Notes: generated from the sequence alone by a model not told the origin. A stretch of DNA of 10,723 bases from Promethearchaeota archaeon (GCA_016930515.1 JAFGGO010000117.1:1-10723); one strand, 5' to 3'. Shown: positions 1 to 8,193, counted from the first letter of the stretch. Translations and numbers: made by a program.

Positions 1-107
1 AGTTTATAAAATAATTAAAAAAAATGATAGAAATCTATAATAATAATAACGACAGAAATATACATATTTTTAAGATTTAAAAAATATCGTACCAATAAGG
101 AAAAATC

Positions 108-533
108 ATGTCAGAAAAAATATCTTCTATCGATCGTTTAATCAACAATTGTGAAGATCACATCACAAGAGTTGAACAAGAGACTTATTCTACAGAACAA
201 GCAACAAAAAGTCAAATTGAAGCCGAATTTTACCAAAAACTTCAAGATCTTAACGCGAGATTGCAAGTAGAAACACCTTTGTTGGCTGACGCAAGATCGA
301 ATTTTGAGCAATGGAAAAAAATTTTTATGGACAAAACGAAAATTGTAAATTCTTTAAAAAAACAATTAGCAAATATCGAAAAAAACAAGGTAAAAACCCT
401 TAGATCGAGAATTAGATCAATTACAAGCGATAGGAGAAAAAAGATAAAAGACCTCGAAAAAAAGATTAAAGGATTACGCAAGCAAAAAACAAAAATACAG
501 AAAGAAATGGACCAAGGCTTTTCTCAGTCTTAA
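108..533 (+). CDS. Hypothetical all-helical coiled-coil protein (141 aa), acidic N-half and very basic C-half
   Basis: ATG preceded by AAGGAAAA. The sequence is E/K/Q/R/L/I-rich with heptad-like spacing and one Pro. It converges on the next gene with an 11-nt gap. Confidence 0.75.
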   Translation: MSEKISSIDRLINNCEDHITRVEQETYSTEQATKSQIEAEFYQKLQDLNARLQVETPLLADARSNFEQWKKIFMDKTKIVNSLKKQLANIEKNKVKTLRSRIRSITSDRRKKIKDLEKKIKGLRKQKTKIQKEMDQGFSQS

Positions 534-544
534 CCAAATTTTCT

Positions 545-1030
545 CTATTCTTGTGAGATAACTTCGACTTCAATCAGTTCTTTTTGTAGGTACATGTATC
601 CTTTTATTTTCTTATCCTTTGCGTCCATAATAGTCCAAATCTGATTTTTTGTGGCTTTAAGCCCAAACTTGTCCAAATATTTCATGTTATCAAGGTCAGT
701 TCCGCTTGGACGATTTCCTGAGGGATGGGAATGAAAAATACTGATGAGTCGTAAATCTTGGGAATGTGCTGCTTCTCGAAAAGCTTTTCCAAATCTTTCT
801 TCATCACTTATCAAAAATGCAATGGGAGATTTATGATTAGATTCAATGCAATGAAATTCTTTAGCAATGTAATGATATTGAAATTCTCCAGGAACAGAAA
901 GGGGAACTTCTTCAATCGTACCAAAGACAAATCCACACGCCTCGTTAGGGGTGGCGTTGTTTACGCAATCTTTTATTTTTTCTAAAAGTCCGTATTTTAA
1001 ATATATTATCACATCTTTTTCCTTTCTCAT
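545..1030 (-). CDS. JAMM/MPN+ (Mov34, M67 family) zinc metalloprotease; putative desampylase/deubiquitinase-like or sulfur-carrier-processing isopeptidase
   Basis: N-terminal catalytic Glu motif PNEACG and complete JAMM motif HSHP-SGNRP-S-GT-D. GGTG SD at 1042-1039, 8 nt before the ATG. Confidence 0.92.
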   Translation of the reverse strand: MRKEKDVIIYLKYGLLEKIKDCVNNATPNEACGFVFGTIEEVPLSVPGEFQYHYIAKEFHCIESNHKSPIAFLISDEERFGKAFREAAHSQDLRLISIFHSHPSGNRPSGTDLDNMKYLDKFGLKATKNQIWTIMDAKDKKIKGYMYLQKELIEVEVISQE

Positions 1031-1046
1031 TGATAAAACACCATTG

Positions 1047-1730
1047 TTATATTAACGTCAAAGCAGCGTTCAATGCTGCCAAGCGCGCTTTTTCAGGACT
1101 ATCTCCAAGCCCCATTATGAGGACGTCTCCCTTACTCAGCGAAATATTGGATAATTCTTTTTTAAAATAGTCTTGAATTGGTTTTCCCACATCAAATTGC
1201 TCCATATTTGAATCTGCGGGAGATCGTGTTGGAAAGGTAAATTTAATGCCATCATATACGAGACATGTTGCTCCAGAACCATTAATCTTGATAGCGGCAT
1301 CCCTTTGAGCGATTCCATTAGTTAGATTACGGGACCCATTCTTTACGAGACAAATATATGCGTCTACATCTTTCGATTCAATGATAATATCCTTAAATTG
1401 GGAAAGATCTCCCTTTTTGAGAACAGGAATTGCATTCTTAATTTTACTCAAGAAATTTTCTCCTTTTTTTGTGAGCACATGTCCTTTTTTTTGGTTCCTG
1501 TTAGATAATACAGTAATGAATTGGATCTTCTTATTCAATTTAGTAATTAACGACTTTACAGTTCCGGACCCGACGAGTAATTCTTCCTTGAGCCGATATC
1601 TACCGATTCCTTCTTCTTCTCCAAGTTCTCCAAAAAGATAGAGGGCTAAAATGATATGGATGTAATCAAAGGAGGGTTTAATGGTAGAGCTATCGAATAA
1701 TTCATGTAATTCTTCAAACTTCATGTACAT
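1047..1730 (-). CDS. DUF4443/PH0730-like protein: N-terminal winged HTH plus C-terminal DUF4443 domain; putative transcription regulator
   Basis: wHTH motif IGRYRLKEELLVGSGTVKSLITKL...KGHVLTKKG. C-terminal motifs QRDAAIKINGSGATCL and GDVLIMGLGDSPEKARLAALNAAL are typical of this archaeal family. The start is re-called at ATG 1730 (or 1724), with AGGTAA upstream; the ORF-track extension to 1955 crosses an AT-rich intergenic region. Confidence 0.8.
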   Translation of the reverse strand: MYMKFEELHELFDSSTIKPSFDYIHIILALYLFGELGEEEGIGRYRLKEELLVGSGTVKSLITKLNKKIQFITVLSNRNQKKGHVLTKKGENFLSKIKNAIPVLKKGDLSQFKDIIIESKDVDAYICLVKNGSRNLTNGIAQRDAAIKINGSGATCLVYDGIKFTFPTRSPADSNMEQFDVGKPIQDYFKKELSNISLSKGDVLIMGLGDSPEKARLAALNAALTLI

Positions 1731-1922
1731 GCATAAGAAGTTACCTAAGATTAAAAACATGTATAATAGCAAAAAATTTAGAAATTTGAATTCCTTTGAA
1801 TAAGTAAAACGACAAAAATCCGAAAAGTTAATTTTGAATAAAGATTTAAATTGGTGAGAAACTGTATTTAACATATAAAATAAAGTTAGCAGTTGTTTTT
1901 TTAGGTAGGTAGTGAATCTATA

Positions 1923-2921
1923 ATGGGACAACATAGAGGGAGTAAAGTACATCATTTAGTCTTATTCAATCAAAAAGAAGAAGTTGTAAGGAAGGAAGAA
2001 AAAAAGCCAAACCTAATTTTTGAAAGCGTTGAGAAAGAAGATAATATAAAGGTGATTTACGAATTAAAGCCTGTGGGAAGTTATTATCGATATTCTCTAA
2101 TGATAATAAATTCCAATATAACTCCCATAACTGACATCAAAATTAACATAACTTTTCCCGAATTCATGCAATTATATCGTTGTTCTCCTTCTAATCTCGT
2201 TCCAGATACATCTATTGACGATCAAAACGCATGTAAGATTTTTTTAGAACAACTTGCTGGTAATGCTCACACTCAAGCGAACTTATATCTCACACCCTCA
2301 TCCTTGAGCAATAAAGGCGTGATAAAAACTTTCGTGACTTTCGTAAATAGCAACGATTTTGTAAGGGTTCTTAATTCTGAACCACTTGAAATATCGATTC
2401 CCGATTTAACACTTGAACCCCAAATCATTCCAAGCGTGAAGATTAACGAGATTTACCAAGACACTTCTTACAAGAGAGCACTCGTTAGTTTAGGAATAAA
2501 GATTGAAAATAAAGTTGATTATAGTAATGTATTGAATCACCTCGAGATGGTGTTAAAATTCAATAAATTACAACTTATCACTCGCGATATGGTCAACAAG
2601 GTATTGTGGTTTTATGGAAGGGCGTGGAATAAGGAAAAATTCGAATCCGCTGAAAAATTCAATATATTAGTTGTTTGTCAAATTGTGTCTGATAAGATGG
2701 AATTCTTAATATGCTGTAAAAATCCTTCCCATTTAGTTGGCGTATCAACTCTAATAATAAAAGAAACCAAGGAAAGATTGTTGCGTTCTAATATTATTTC
2801 GTCTAAAACGCAAGTAATAAGATTGGATTGTAAAAATTGCGGTGTAGCCCTTCCATCTTTCCCTAAAAAAGACGAAGAAATCGCTTGTAAGTCCTGTAAA
2901 GTCAAACAAAAGATCTGGTAA
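1923..2921 (+). CDS. Hypothetical protein: Ig-like beta-sandwich plus alpha/beta platform-like domain (adaptin/COP appendage-like) and C-terminal C4 zinc ribbon
   Basis: Residues ~43-160 are alternating beta-strands (YRYSLMIINS, ITDIKINITFP, TQANLYLTP, GVIKTFVTFVN, SEPLEISI). An alpha/beta region follows, then CKNC-x15-CKSC at the C-terminus. The CDS is secure; the fold call is an inference. Confidence 0.6.
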   Translation: MGQHRGSKVHHLVLFNQKEEVVRKEEKKPNLIFESVEKEDNIKVIYELKPVGSYYRYSLMIINSNITPITDIKINITFPEFMQLYRCSPSNLVPDTSIDDQNACKIFLEQLAGNAHTQANLYLTPSSLSNKGVIKTFVTFVNSNDFVRVLNSEPLEISIPDLTLEPQIIPSVKINEIYQDTSYKRALVSLGIKIENKVDYSNVLNHLEMVLKFNKLQLITRDMVNKVLWFYGRAWNKEKFESAEKFNILVVCQIVSDKMEFLICCKNPSHLVGVSTLIIKETKERLLRSNIISSKTQVIRLDCKNCGVALPSFPKKDEEIACKSCKVKQKIW

Positions 2922-3026
2922 CTAACGAGGTTATTTTATTCGATGAGAGCATTACCTATGAATTACCCTCGATTCGTCAATAAAAAAATATGATTTTTAT
3001 TGAGTATTACTTTTTAGCACCTATAC

Positions 3027-5330
3027 ATGAAATGGAAAGATTTGTTACAAGGGAAAAATAAGAACATACTAATTATCCTATTGATGTTACTATCTTTTTT
3101 CATTTTATTACCCTCCTTTATAAAATTTATAAGCATTCAGATGGCTCCGTACTCTGATAACGAGGTCGTAATAACCACCACTTGTTATGCTAGCGAAGGG
3201 CTCGAGGGTGAAACGATGCTTGTTGCGAGTGATTTATTTCAACCATCTCCTAAATTTTCTGACTCTAAATATCCTGCCATCGTAGCTTGTCACGGCAACT
3301 ACAAGAACATGGGGAGGGAGTCTATGAACCAGTGGTGCGTCGAACTTGCGAAGCGTGGGTTTGTTGTGCTATCGATTGATTTACCAAGGCATTGGTTGCC
3401 GATTGATGGAATTGATACCATTCCTCGGAGCGATTTAGAACCCAAGATCGTAAAAAATGCAATAAATCACTTGAAAGGAATGAGTTTCGTGAATGGATCT
3501 GCAATAGGAGTCATGGGAATCGGAAGCGGAGCCACAACATCACTATTGTCAGCTGGAACGCTGTCAGAAGTCGTGAAGGCAACTATCTCTATGAACGGGG
3601 TAGCTAATTTCACTCAATGGTTAATAGAGGGTATTTTTCCCTCGAATTGTATAAATTTTACTATCAACGAAAACTTGATAATGCTTCACGATGTCAACGG
3701 AATTGAAATCACCCGCGAAATGATTCAGGAAGTATTAGAAATGGACCATTTTTTCAACGGAAACAATAATTATTTCCAAGATTTGTTCGTTGAAGGTACA
3801 ACAAGCCTTAATAGGAGCTTCTTGGATAAATTTGACGCTGTTAATTACTTATCAGATGTAAATAACAATTCGGTCTTATTAATTGAATCTTCTCAAGATT
3901 TGACCTATTATCCAACTAATCAATCTAGAGAAGCTTACGATGCAATTAGCTTTGCAGGTAAATTTTCAAGCCATTTGAGCTTAAAGGACGACCATTTTTT
4001 ACAAAAGGACTTAGAACATTCTGCATACTATTGTGTAATTAATTATTTCGAAGAAAAGCTCAAGGGAATAGATCTAGGAACAGAATGGCCAAACGATGCT
4101 CAAAAATATTCTCAAAAACGAGATATTACCTTAATATTTGCTAAAAACTCCCTTAGCACCTTGTTTTTAGAATGTATTATCGTATTTTTTGTTTCATTAT
4201 TACCGCTCTTCATAATCGTTTCCATTTTAATATATAACAAAAATATTAGCACTAAACGGGTTCAAATTGTTAAAAAGGAAGAGATTGATGAAGAAAAGAA
4301 TAATTTCCCCATTGAGGGCTTGTTAGGAGGGAAAGGATCATATCTAAAAACGATTGGATTGCTTTTAACGCTTTATAGTATCTCTTTTTTAACCATCTTA
4401 GGAGTGAATTATGGGATCGCATCGGATTTAATCGTTGGGACCATGTGTGCAATATATTACTTGGTATTTTTCCTTACATTATATTTCATCCCTGATAAAG
4501 CAGAGATTAGCTTATGGAATAAAAATGGATTTTATGAATCAAACAAAATAGCAAGAGAAGGAAACACGAGTGGAAAAAAAATGATAGCAATTATTTTGTT
4601 GATATTACTTTTTGTTTCAATCACTTCCTTGATTGGTGCAAGTATAATAAGTTCGATAAAATGGCAAGGAAACCCATTAGAACTTATATTTACTTCAATT
4701 TTATTGATTGGATGCATTTTCATTGCTAGCATTTTCATAATTCTCATTTTCTTTTGGAAAAAACAGAGGGTTGAAGATGATCAACAATCTTCATTCTGGA
4801 ACACATTCGGGTTGGATAAATATAATTTAATTCGGAGTTTTACTTTTGGGAGCGTGATATACCTAAGTCTATTGCTTCAATGGAACCTTTGGTCGTATTT
4901 TTTAAAATTTCCGTTTAGAATATCCCCTCAATCGATTTATTTCGTATTCGTTCTCATTTCGGTTGCGTTATATTTTGGCTCGATTGAAATAATCGTTAAA
5001 GTGTTAAAAGAAAGCTATCTTAAGCCTCTTTTAGAAAGAAAGTTCCTTACCAAAAATAGGGCTAAACAAATTATTGTACCTATCTTGGAATTTTTGTCCT
5101 TCTTGTTAGGCTTGGCGATTCAGTTACTTGTCGTATCGATCGCATTTAGTTTCCTGTTGAATCAAATTTTATTCGAAAGAGTGTTTGGAGTTGCAATCGC
5201 TACTTTTATTTTAACCTATATTAGTAGCTATATAGTAAAACTTGTGAGTGTCGAGAAACGCGTGCTTGGCATCCCAATATTCGTGCCCATAATAATATTT
5301 TCCGTTATTGGATTTTTATTCCATATATAA
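3027..5330 (+). CDS. Membrane protein: N-terminal TM anchor, alpha/beta-hydrolase-fold domain (S9/S15-like, degenerate nucleophile) and about 10 C-terminal TM helices
   Basis: Hydrolase-fold motifs in the expected order: KYPAIVACHG, ELAKRGFVVLSID, AIGVMGIGSG, VLLIESSQD, DDH. Long hydrophobic segments run from about residue 378 onward. Confidence 0.85.
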   Translation: MKWKDLLQGKNKNILIILLMLLSFFILLPSFIKFISIQMAPYSDNEVVITTTCYASEGLEGETMLVASDLFQPSPKFSDSKYPAIVACHGNYKNMGRESMNQWCVELAKRGFVVLSIDLPRHWLPIDGIDTIPRSDLEPKIVKNAINHLKGMSFVNGSAIGVMGIGSGATTSLLSAGTLSEVVKATISMNGVANFTQWLIEGIFPSNCINFTINENLIMLHDVNGIEITREMIQEVLEMDHFFNGNNNYFQDLFVEGTTSLNRSFLDKFDAVNYLSDVNNNSVLLIESSQDLTYYPTNQSREAYDAISFAGKFSSHLSLKDDHFLQKDLEHSAYYCVINYFEEKLKGIDLGTEWPNDAQKYSQKRDITLIFAKNSLSTLFLECIIVFFVSLLPLFIIVSILIYNKNISTKRVQIVKKEEIDEEKNNFPIEGLLGGKGSYLKTIGLLLTLYSISFLTILGVNYGIASDLIVGTMCAIYYLVFFLTLYFIPDKAEISLWNKNGFYESNKIAREGNTSGKKMIAIILLILLFVSITSLIGASIISSIKWQGNPLELIFTSILLIGCIFIASIFIILIFFWKKQRVEDDQQSSFWNTFGLDKYNLIRSFTFGSVIYLSLLLQWNLWSYFLKFPFRISPQSIYFVFVLISVALYFGSIEIIVKVLKESYLKPLLERKFLTKNRAKQIIVPILEFLSFLLGLAIQLLVVSIAFSFLLNQILFERVFGVAIATFILTYISSYIVKLVSVEKRVLGIPIFVPIIIFSVIGFLFHI

Positions 5331-5387
5331 AAATTGAGATATTTCAAGATAGGAAAAATATCTTTTGATTGAAAAGGAAAAAGTCTT

Positions 5388-5404
5388 GAAGAAGAATTTA
5401 TAAA
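5388..5404 (+). promoter_or_regulatory. Putative archaeal BRE-TATA promoter for the lamin-tail-domain gene
   Basis: Purine-rich GAAGAAGAA directly followed by TTTATAAA (5397-5404), about 40 nt upstream of the CDS. Confidence 0.5.
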
Positions 5405-5441
5405 TATTCTCTGGTTATTTGTTATTTAATTAATATTTTCG

Positions 5442-6560
5442 GTGGTTTTGATCAAAAAAAAAGCTCTTTTTATAATTATCATACTCATTGCAGCGGGAGT
5501 AGCAGGAGTTCTAATATATTTCATATTTTTTAATACTCAAGCACCTCCTAGTGAAAATCCATGTTGGTATGCAAGTCCAATTAGAATCAACGAAGTCTTG
5601 TATAATCCTCAAGAAGATGTTAATGGTGATTTATCGACGAATCAAACAGATGAATTTATAGAGATCGTTTGTATGAACGCTACTTTTGACTTTCGTGGGT
5701 GTGAATTGTACGAAAATTTCCAATTAATTCATTCTTTTCCGGAAGGTTCGATAGTCCCCGCTGGCGGAGCAATCGTTGTTTTTGGAGGGGGAAATCCTTT
5801 AGAATTTAAGGGAGTCTTTGGAGGTGCCGTTGTTCAAGTAGCAAATGGCATTTGGAATAAAGATGACCATCTAAGCGATCTTGGGGCAAACATTATATTA
5901 AAGAAGGATGGCTCTATAATAGACAATGTTTCTTATAATGGTCAGGAAATAAATCAATCTCTTACTCGAACTACTACTGCTTGCGGTGAATTTAAACCTC
6001 ATAGTGAGGTTTCAGGATTCAATTATACACCAGGATCCGATATCAACGGAAATGCTTTTCAATTGGGCTTCGTCATTAACGAGGTTCTATACAATCCAGA
6101 CGCAGATATCAACGGTGATGGAATATTTGCAGATGCAAACGAATGGGAAGACGAGTTTGTGGAATTCGTGAACAATTTTGCTGAAGAATTCGACCTTACG
6201 GGATGTGAATTGTACGATAAAGATGGAATGATTCATAATTTTTCTACAGGTCCAATAATACTAGCGGGAGGGGCACTTGTCCTTTTCGGTGGCGGAAATC
6301 TTGACGATTACGCGAATTATTTTGGAGGCGCCACGGTTTTAAACGCCTCAGGTTACTGGAGACTTGCTAATGGTGGAGACAAGGTAACGCTCATGAAAAA
6401 CGGATTCATAATTGCAACCTTCAGTTATGGATCGGATGACCCAAATCACCAATCGATCACGAGGTCTCCGGATATTACAGGAAATTATATCGGTCATTTA
6501 AGTGTATCGTTGAGTGTATGCTCTCCAGGTACAAAAGTTGACGGTTCTCTATTTATTTAA
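5442..6560 (+). CDS. Membrane-anchored or secreted protein with two tandem lamin tail domains (LTD)
   Basis: KKK plus hydrophobic N-terminal anchor, followed by two copies of the LTD signature (INEVLYNP...DEF[IV]E[IF]V...[FL]xGCELY...H[SN]F...AGGA[IL]V[VL]FGGG...QS[LI]TR...[TS]PG). Start is uncertain: GTG 5442, TTG 5448 or ATC 5451. Confidence 0.85.
   Translation: MVLIKKKALFIIIILIAAGVAGVLIYFIFFNTQAPPSENPCWYASPIRINEVLYNPQEDVNGDLSTNQTDEFIEIVCMNATFDFRGCELYENFQLIHSFPEGSIVPAGGAIVVFGGGNPLEFKGVFGGAVVQVANGIWNKDDHLSDLGANIILKKDGSIIDNVSYNGQEINQSLTRTTTACGEFKPHSEVSGFNYTPGSDINGNAFQLGFVINEVLYNPDADINGDGIFADANEWEDEFVEFVNNFAEEFDLTGCELYDKDGMIHNFSTGPIILAGGALVLFGGGNLDDYANYFGGATVLNASGYWRLANGGDKVTLMKNGFIIATFSYGSDDPNHQSITRSPDITGNYIGHLSVSLSVCSPGTKVDGSLFI
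5580..6557 (+). repeat. Intragenic tandem domain duplication (units about 5580-6059 and 6069-6557)
   Basis: The two protein repeats are colinear. An exact 14-nt match TGTGAATTGTACGA occurs at 5700-5713 and 6204-6217, 504 nt apart and in frame. Confidence 0.85.
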
Positions 6561-6583
6561 CTTTTCTTTTTTATTTTTAATTT
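6561..6583 (+). terminator. Oligo-T tract, putative archaeal intrinsic terminator between convergent genes
   Basis: CTTTTCTTTTTTATTTTT immediately follows the LTD stop codon. Confidence 0.45.
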
Positions 6584-7354
6584 TTAAATTCTTGTTTTTT
6601 TGATCAAATCATTAATTTCGTCGTAGGAACCTAAAAGCGCGTGTACCTCAGAATTCTTAAGGCCCTGTTCTGGAAGTCCTTCGAATAAAAGGTGTCCGTT
6701 GTTAAGAACCAACATCTTATCCGCCCATTTTTCCACGAAGAACAAGTTATGAGAAGTAAACAGGATGGTCATCTTTTCAGTAGTGCGTAGCTCCTCTATG
6801 ATCTTCAAATGATTGCAAATCGACTTGAAATCGAGGTTTGCGAACGGTTCATCGAGTATGAGCAATTTAGGTTTCATAACGAGCAGTCCAGCGAGTGCCG
6901 CTCGTTTTTTCTGACCCCAAGATAAGTTAAAAGGAGATTTGTTCTTAAATTCAAATAGGTTCACGGCATTAAGAGCCCATTCTACCCTCTCACGAACTTC
7001 ACTATCGCTTAATTTCAGGTTTCTTGCAGCAAATCCCACGTCTTCTTCGATTGTAGGTGCAAATAGTTGATCGTCGGGATTTTGGAAAAGGAATCCAATT
7101 TGTTGCCGTATTTTCCACAGGCCTTCCTTATTTCTTGTAAGAGTTTTTCCAAAAATCTTTATTTCTCCAGAATCCAATTTCAGTAAACCCACTAATAAAC
7201 GAAGAAGCGTGGTCTTACCCGCACCGTTGTTACCAGTTAGGGCATATATGGAGTTTTCCACTATTTTAAACGATAAATCCTCAATTTCGAAGGGAGATTT
7301 TTCCTTTAATTTATACTTAAAACGCAAGTGATCGGCTTCTACGGCAAAAGTAAT
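6584..7354 (-). CDS. cbiO: ECF transporter ATPase (CbiO/NikO)
   Basis: Walker A GNNGAGKT, Q-loop FQNPDDQLF, signature LSWGQKKR, Walker B LLILDEP, H-loop SHN. The first canonical start is TTG 7327, but ABC-like sequence continues upstream to an ATT at 7354 (see findings). Confidence 0.92.
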   Translation of the reverse strand: MTFAVEADHLRFKYKLKEKSPFEIEDLSFKIVENSIYALTGNNGAGKTTLLRLLVGLLKLDSGEIKIFGKTLTRNKEGLWKIRQQIGFLFQNPDDQLFAPTIEEDVGFAARNLKLSDSEVRERVEWALNAVNLFEFKNKSPFNLSWGQKKRAALAGLLVMKPKLLILDEPFANLDFKSICNHLKIIEELRTTEKMTILFTSHNLFFVEKWADKMLVLNNGHLLFEGLPEQGLKNSEVHALLGSYDEINDLIKKTRI

Positions 7355-8139
7355 TGAGTGACACCCATATATATTTGTTCCAAATCCATAACTAAAAAGA
7401 TTACGAGTAGAACTATAAATAGCGATAAGGTAATTACATCAATCAATTTAAATTTTCGGGACGCAAATGTAAGTTTACCGGAAAATCCTCTCATTTTCAA
7501 TGCTTCGTATAATTTTTCGCTCCTTTCCATGTTCATCACGATGCTTTTTCCCATTATGAACGCGTGTGTTTTTATTTTCTCCTTATAGGTGGTTATCTTT
7601 TTTCCCCTGAGTTCTTGAGCTAAAAGAATTTTTCGGTTTGAGCTGGCGAGGATAGGGATATAATGGAGCATAATCACTAGACTACCAGTAAAAATTGATG
7701 GAATACGTAATTTAGTTAAAGTTTCGATAAACTCAGAATAAGTTAAAGACGAAAAAAAAGACAAAAATACGAAAATAGCTCCAAAAATTCTCAAGAATAA
7801 TAATAACGCAAGATGGGTTCCTTCAGCATATATTGTAAGGGGAATCACACCATTATATCTTAAAAGAACAGTGGAACCAATATAGAATGGCAAAAACACT
7901 GTCATTAGCAAAACAAAAGGAAGGATTTTAATTATTCGAGATAAAACTTTTAAAAATTTCAATTTTACGATACAACCAAATAAAATTGTTATCAAAATTG
8001 TTGAAACGATCAGATATATATTATTCAAAATTAAAAATGGAATTACTAAGATAAATGGAAGAATAAAGCGTATGACGGGATGAATATGATTATAATATGT
8101 GGCTTCATCTTCGCGTCTGAATGGCAGTATGGATTTCAT
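7339..8139 (-). CDS. cbiQ: ECF transporter transmembrane T component (CbiQ/NikQ)
   Basis: N-terminal HIHPVIRF motif, several TM helices, LTKLRIP, and the two coupling-helix motifs AQELRG and ALKMRGF. GGAG SD upstream; adjacent to the ATPase. Confidence 0.92.
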   Translation of the reverse strand: MKSILPFRREDEATYYNHIHPVIRFILPFILVIPFLILNNIYLIVSTILITILFGCIVKLKFLKVLSRIIKILPFVLLMTVFLPFYIGSTVLLRYNGVIPLTIYAEGTHLALLLFLRIFGAIFVFLSFFSSLTYSEFIETLTKLRIPSIFTGSLVIMLHYIPILASSNRKILLAQELRGKKITTYKEKIKTHAFIMGKSIVMNMERSEKLYEALKMRGFSGKLTFASRKFKLIDVITLSLFIVLLVIFLVMDLEQIYMGVTQLLLP

Positions 8140-8185
8140 GTGTTTTTCTTCTCCGTTTAAATAGTTTTTCTTTATGTTTTGGTCG

Positions 8186-8193
8186 TTTTATAA
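8186..8193 (-). promoter_or_regulatory. Putative TATA box for the cbiQ-cbiO unit
   Basis: TTATAAAA on the minus strand about 47 nt upstream of the cbiQ ATG. Confidence 0.35.

Noticed and set aside
108-533. ESCRT-III/Snf7 or prefoldin identity for the coiled-coil protein
   Set aside because: Charge polarity is opposite to ESCRT-III (basic N, acidic C), and there is no central beta-hairpin as in prefoldin.
545-1030. JAMM as part of a CBASS/Bil-type defence system or a prophage tail module
   Set aside because: No cyclase, E1/E2, ubiquitin-like or phage gene lies nearby in the window.
1731-1955. N-terminal ~75-aa extension of the DUF4443 ORF, overlapping the gene at 1923
   Set aside because: It is an F/L/Y/K-rich translation of an AT-rich divergent promoter region. 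Family similarity starts near MKFEEL, and an SD-like AGGTAA precedes 1730.
2926-2971. Weak inverted repeat CGAGGTTATTT / AATTACCCTCG after the Zn-ribbon gene
   Set aside because: Only 9 of 11 positions match across a 24-nt spacer, which is not distinguishable from chance.
6906-6926. ABC signature LSWGQ instead of LSGGQ
   Set aside because: Aromatic substitutions at this position (LSFGQ, LSYGQ) are common in CbiO-type ATPases and are not evidence of inactivity.
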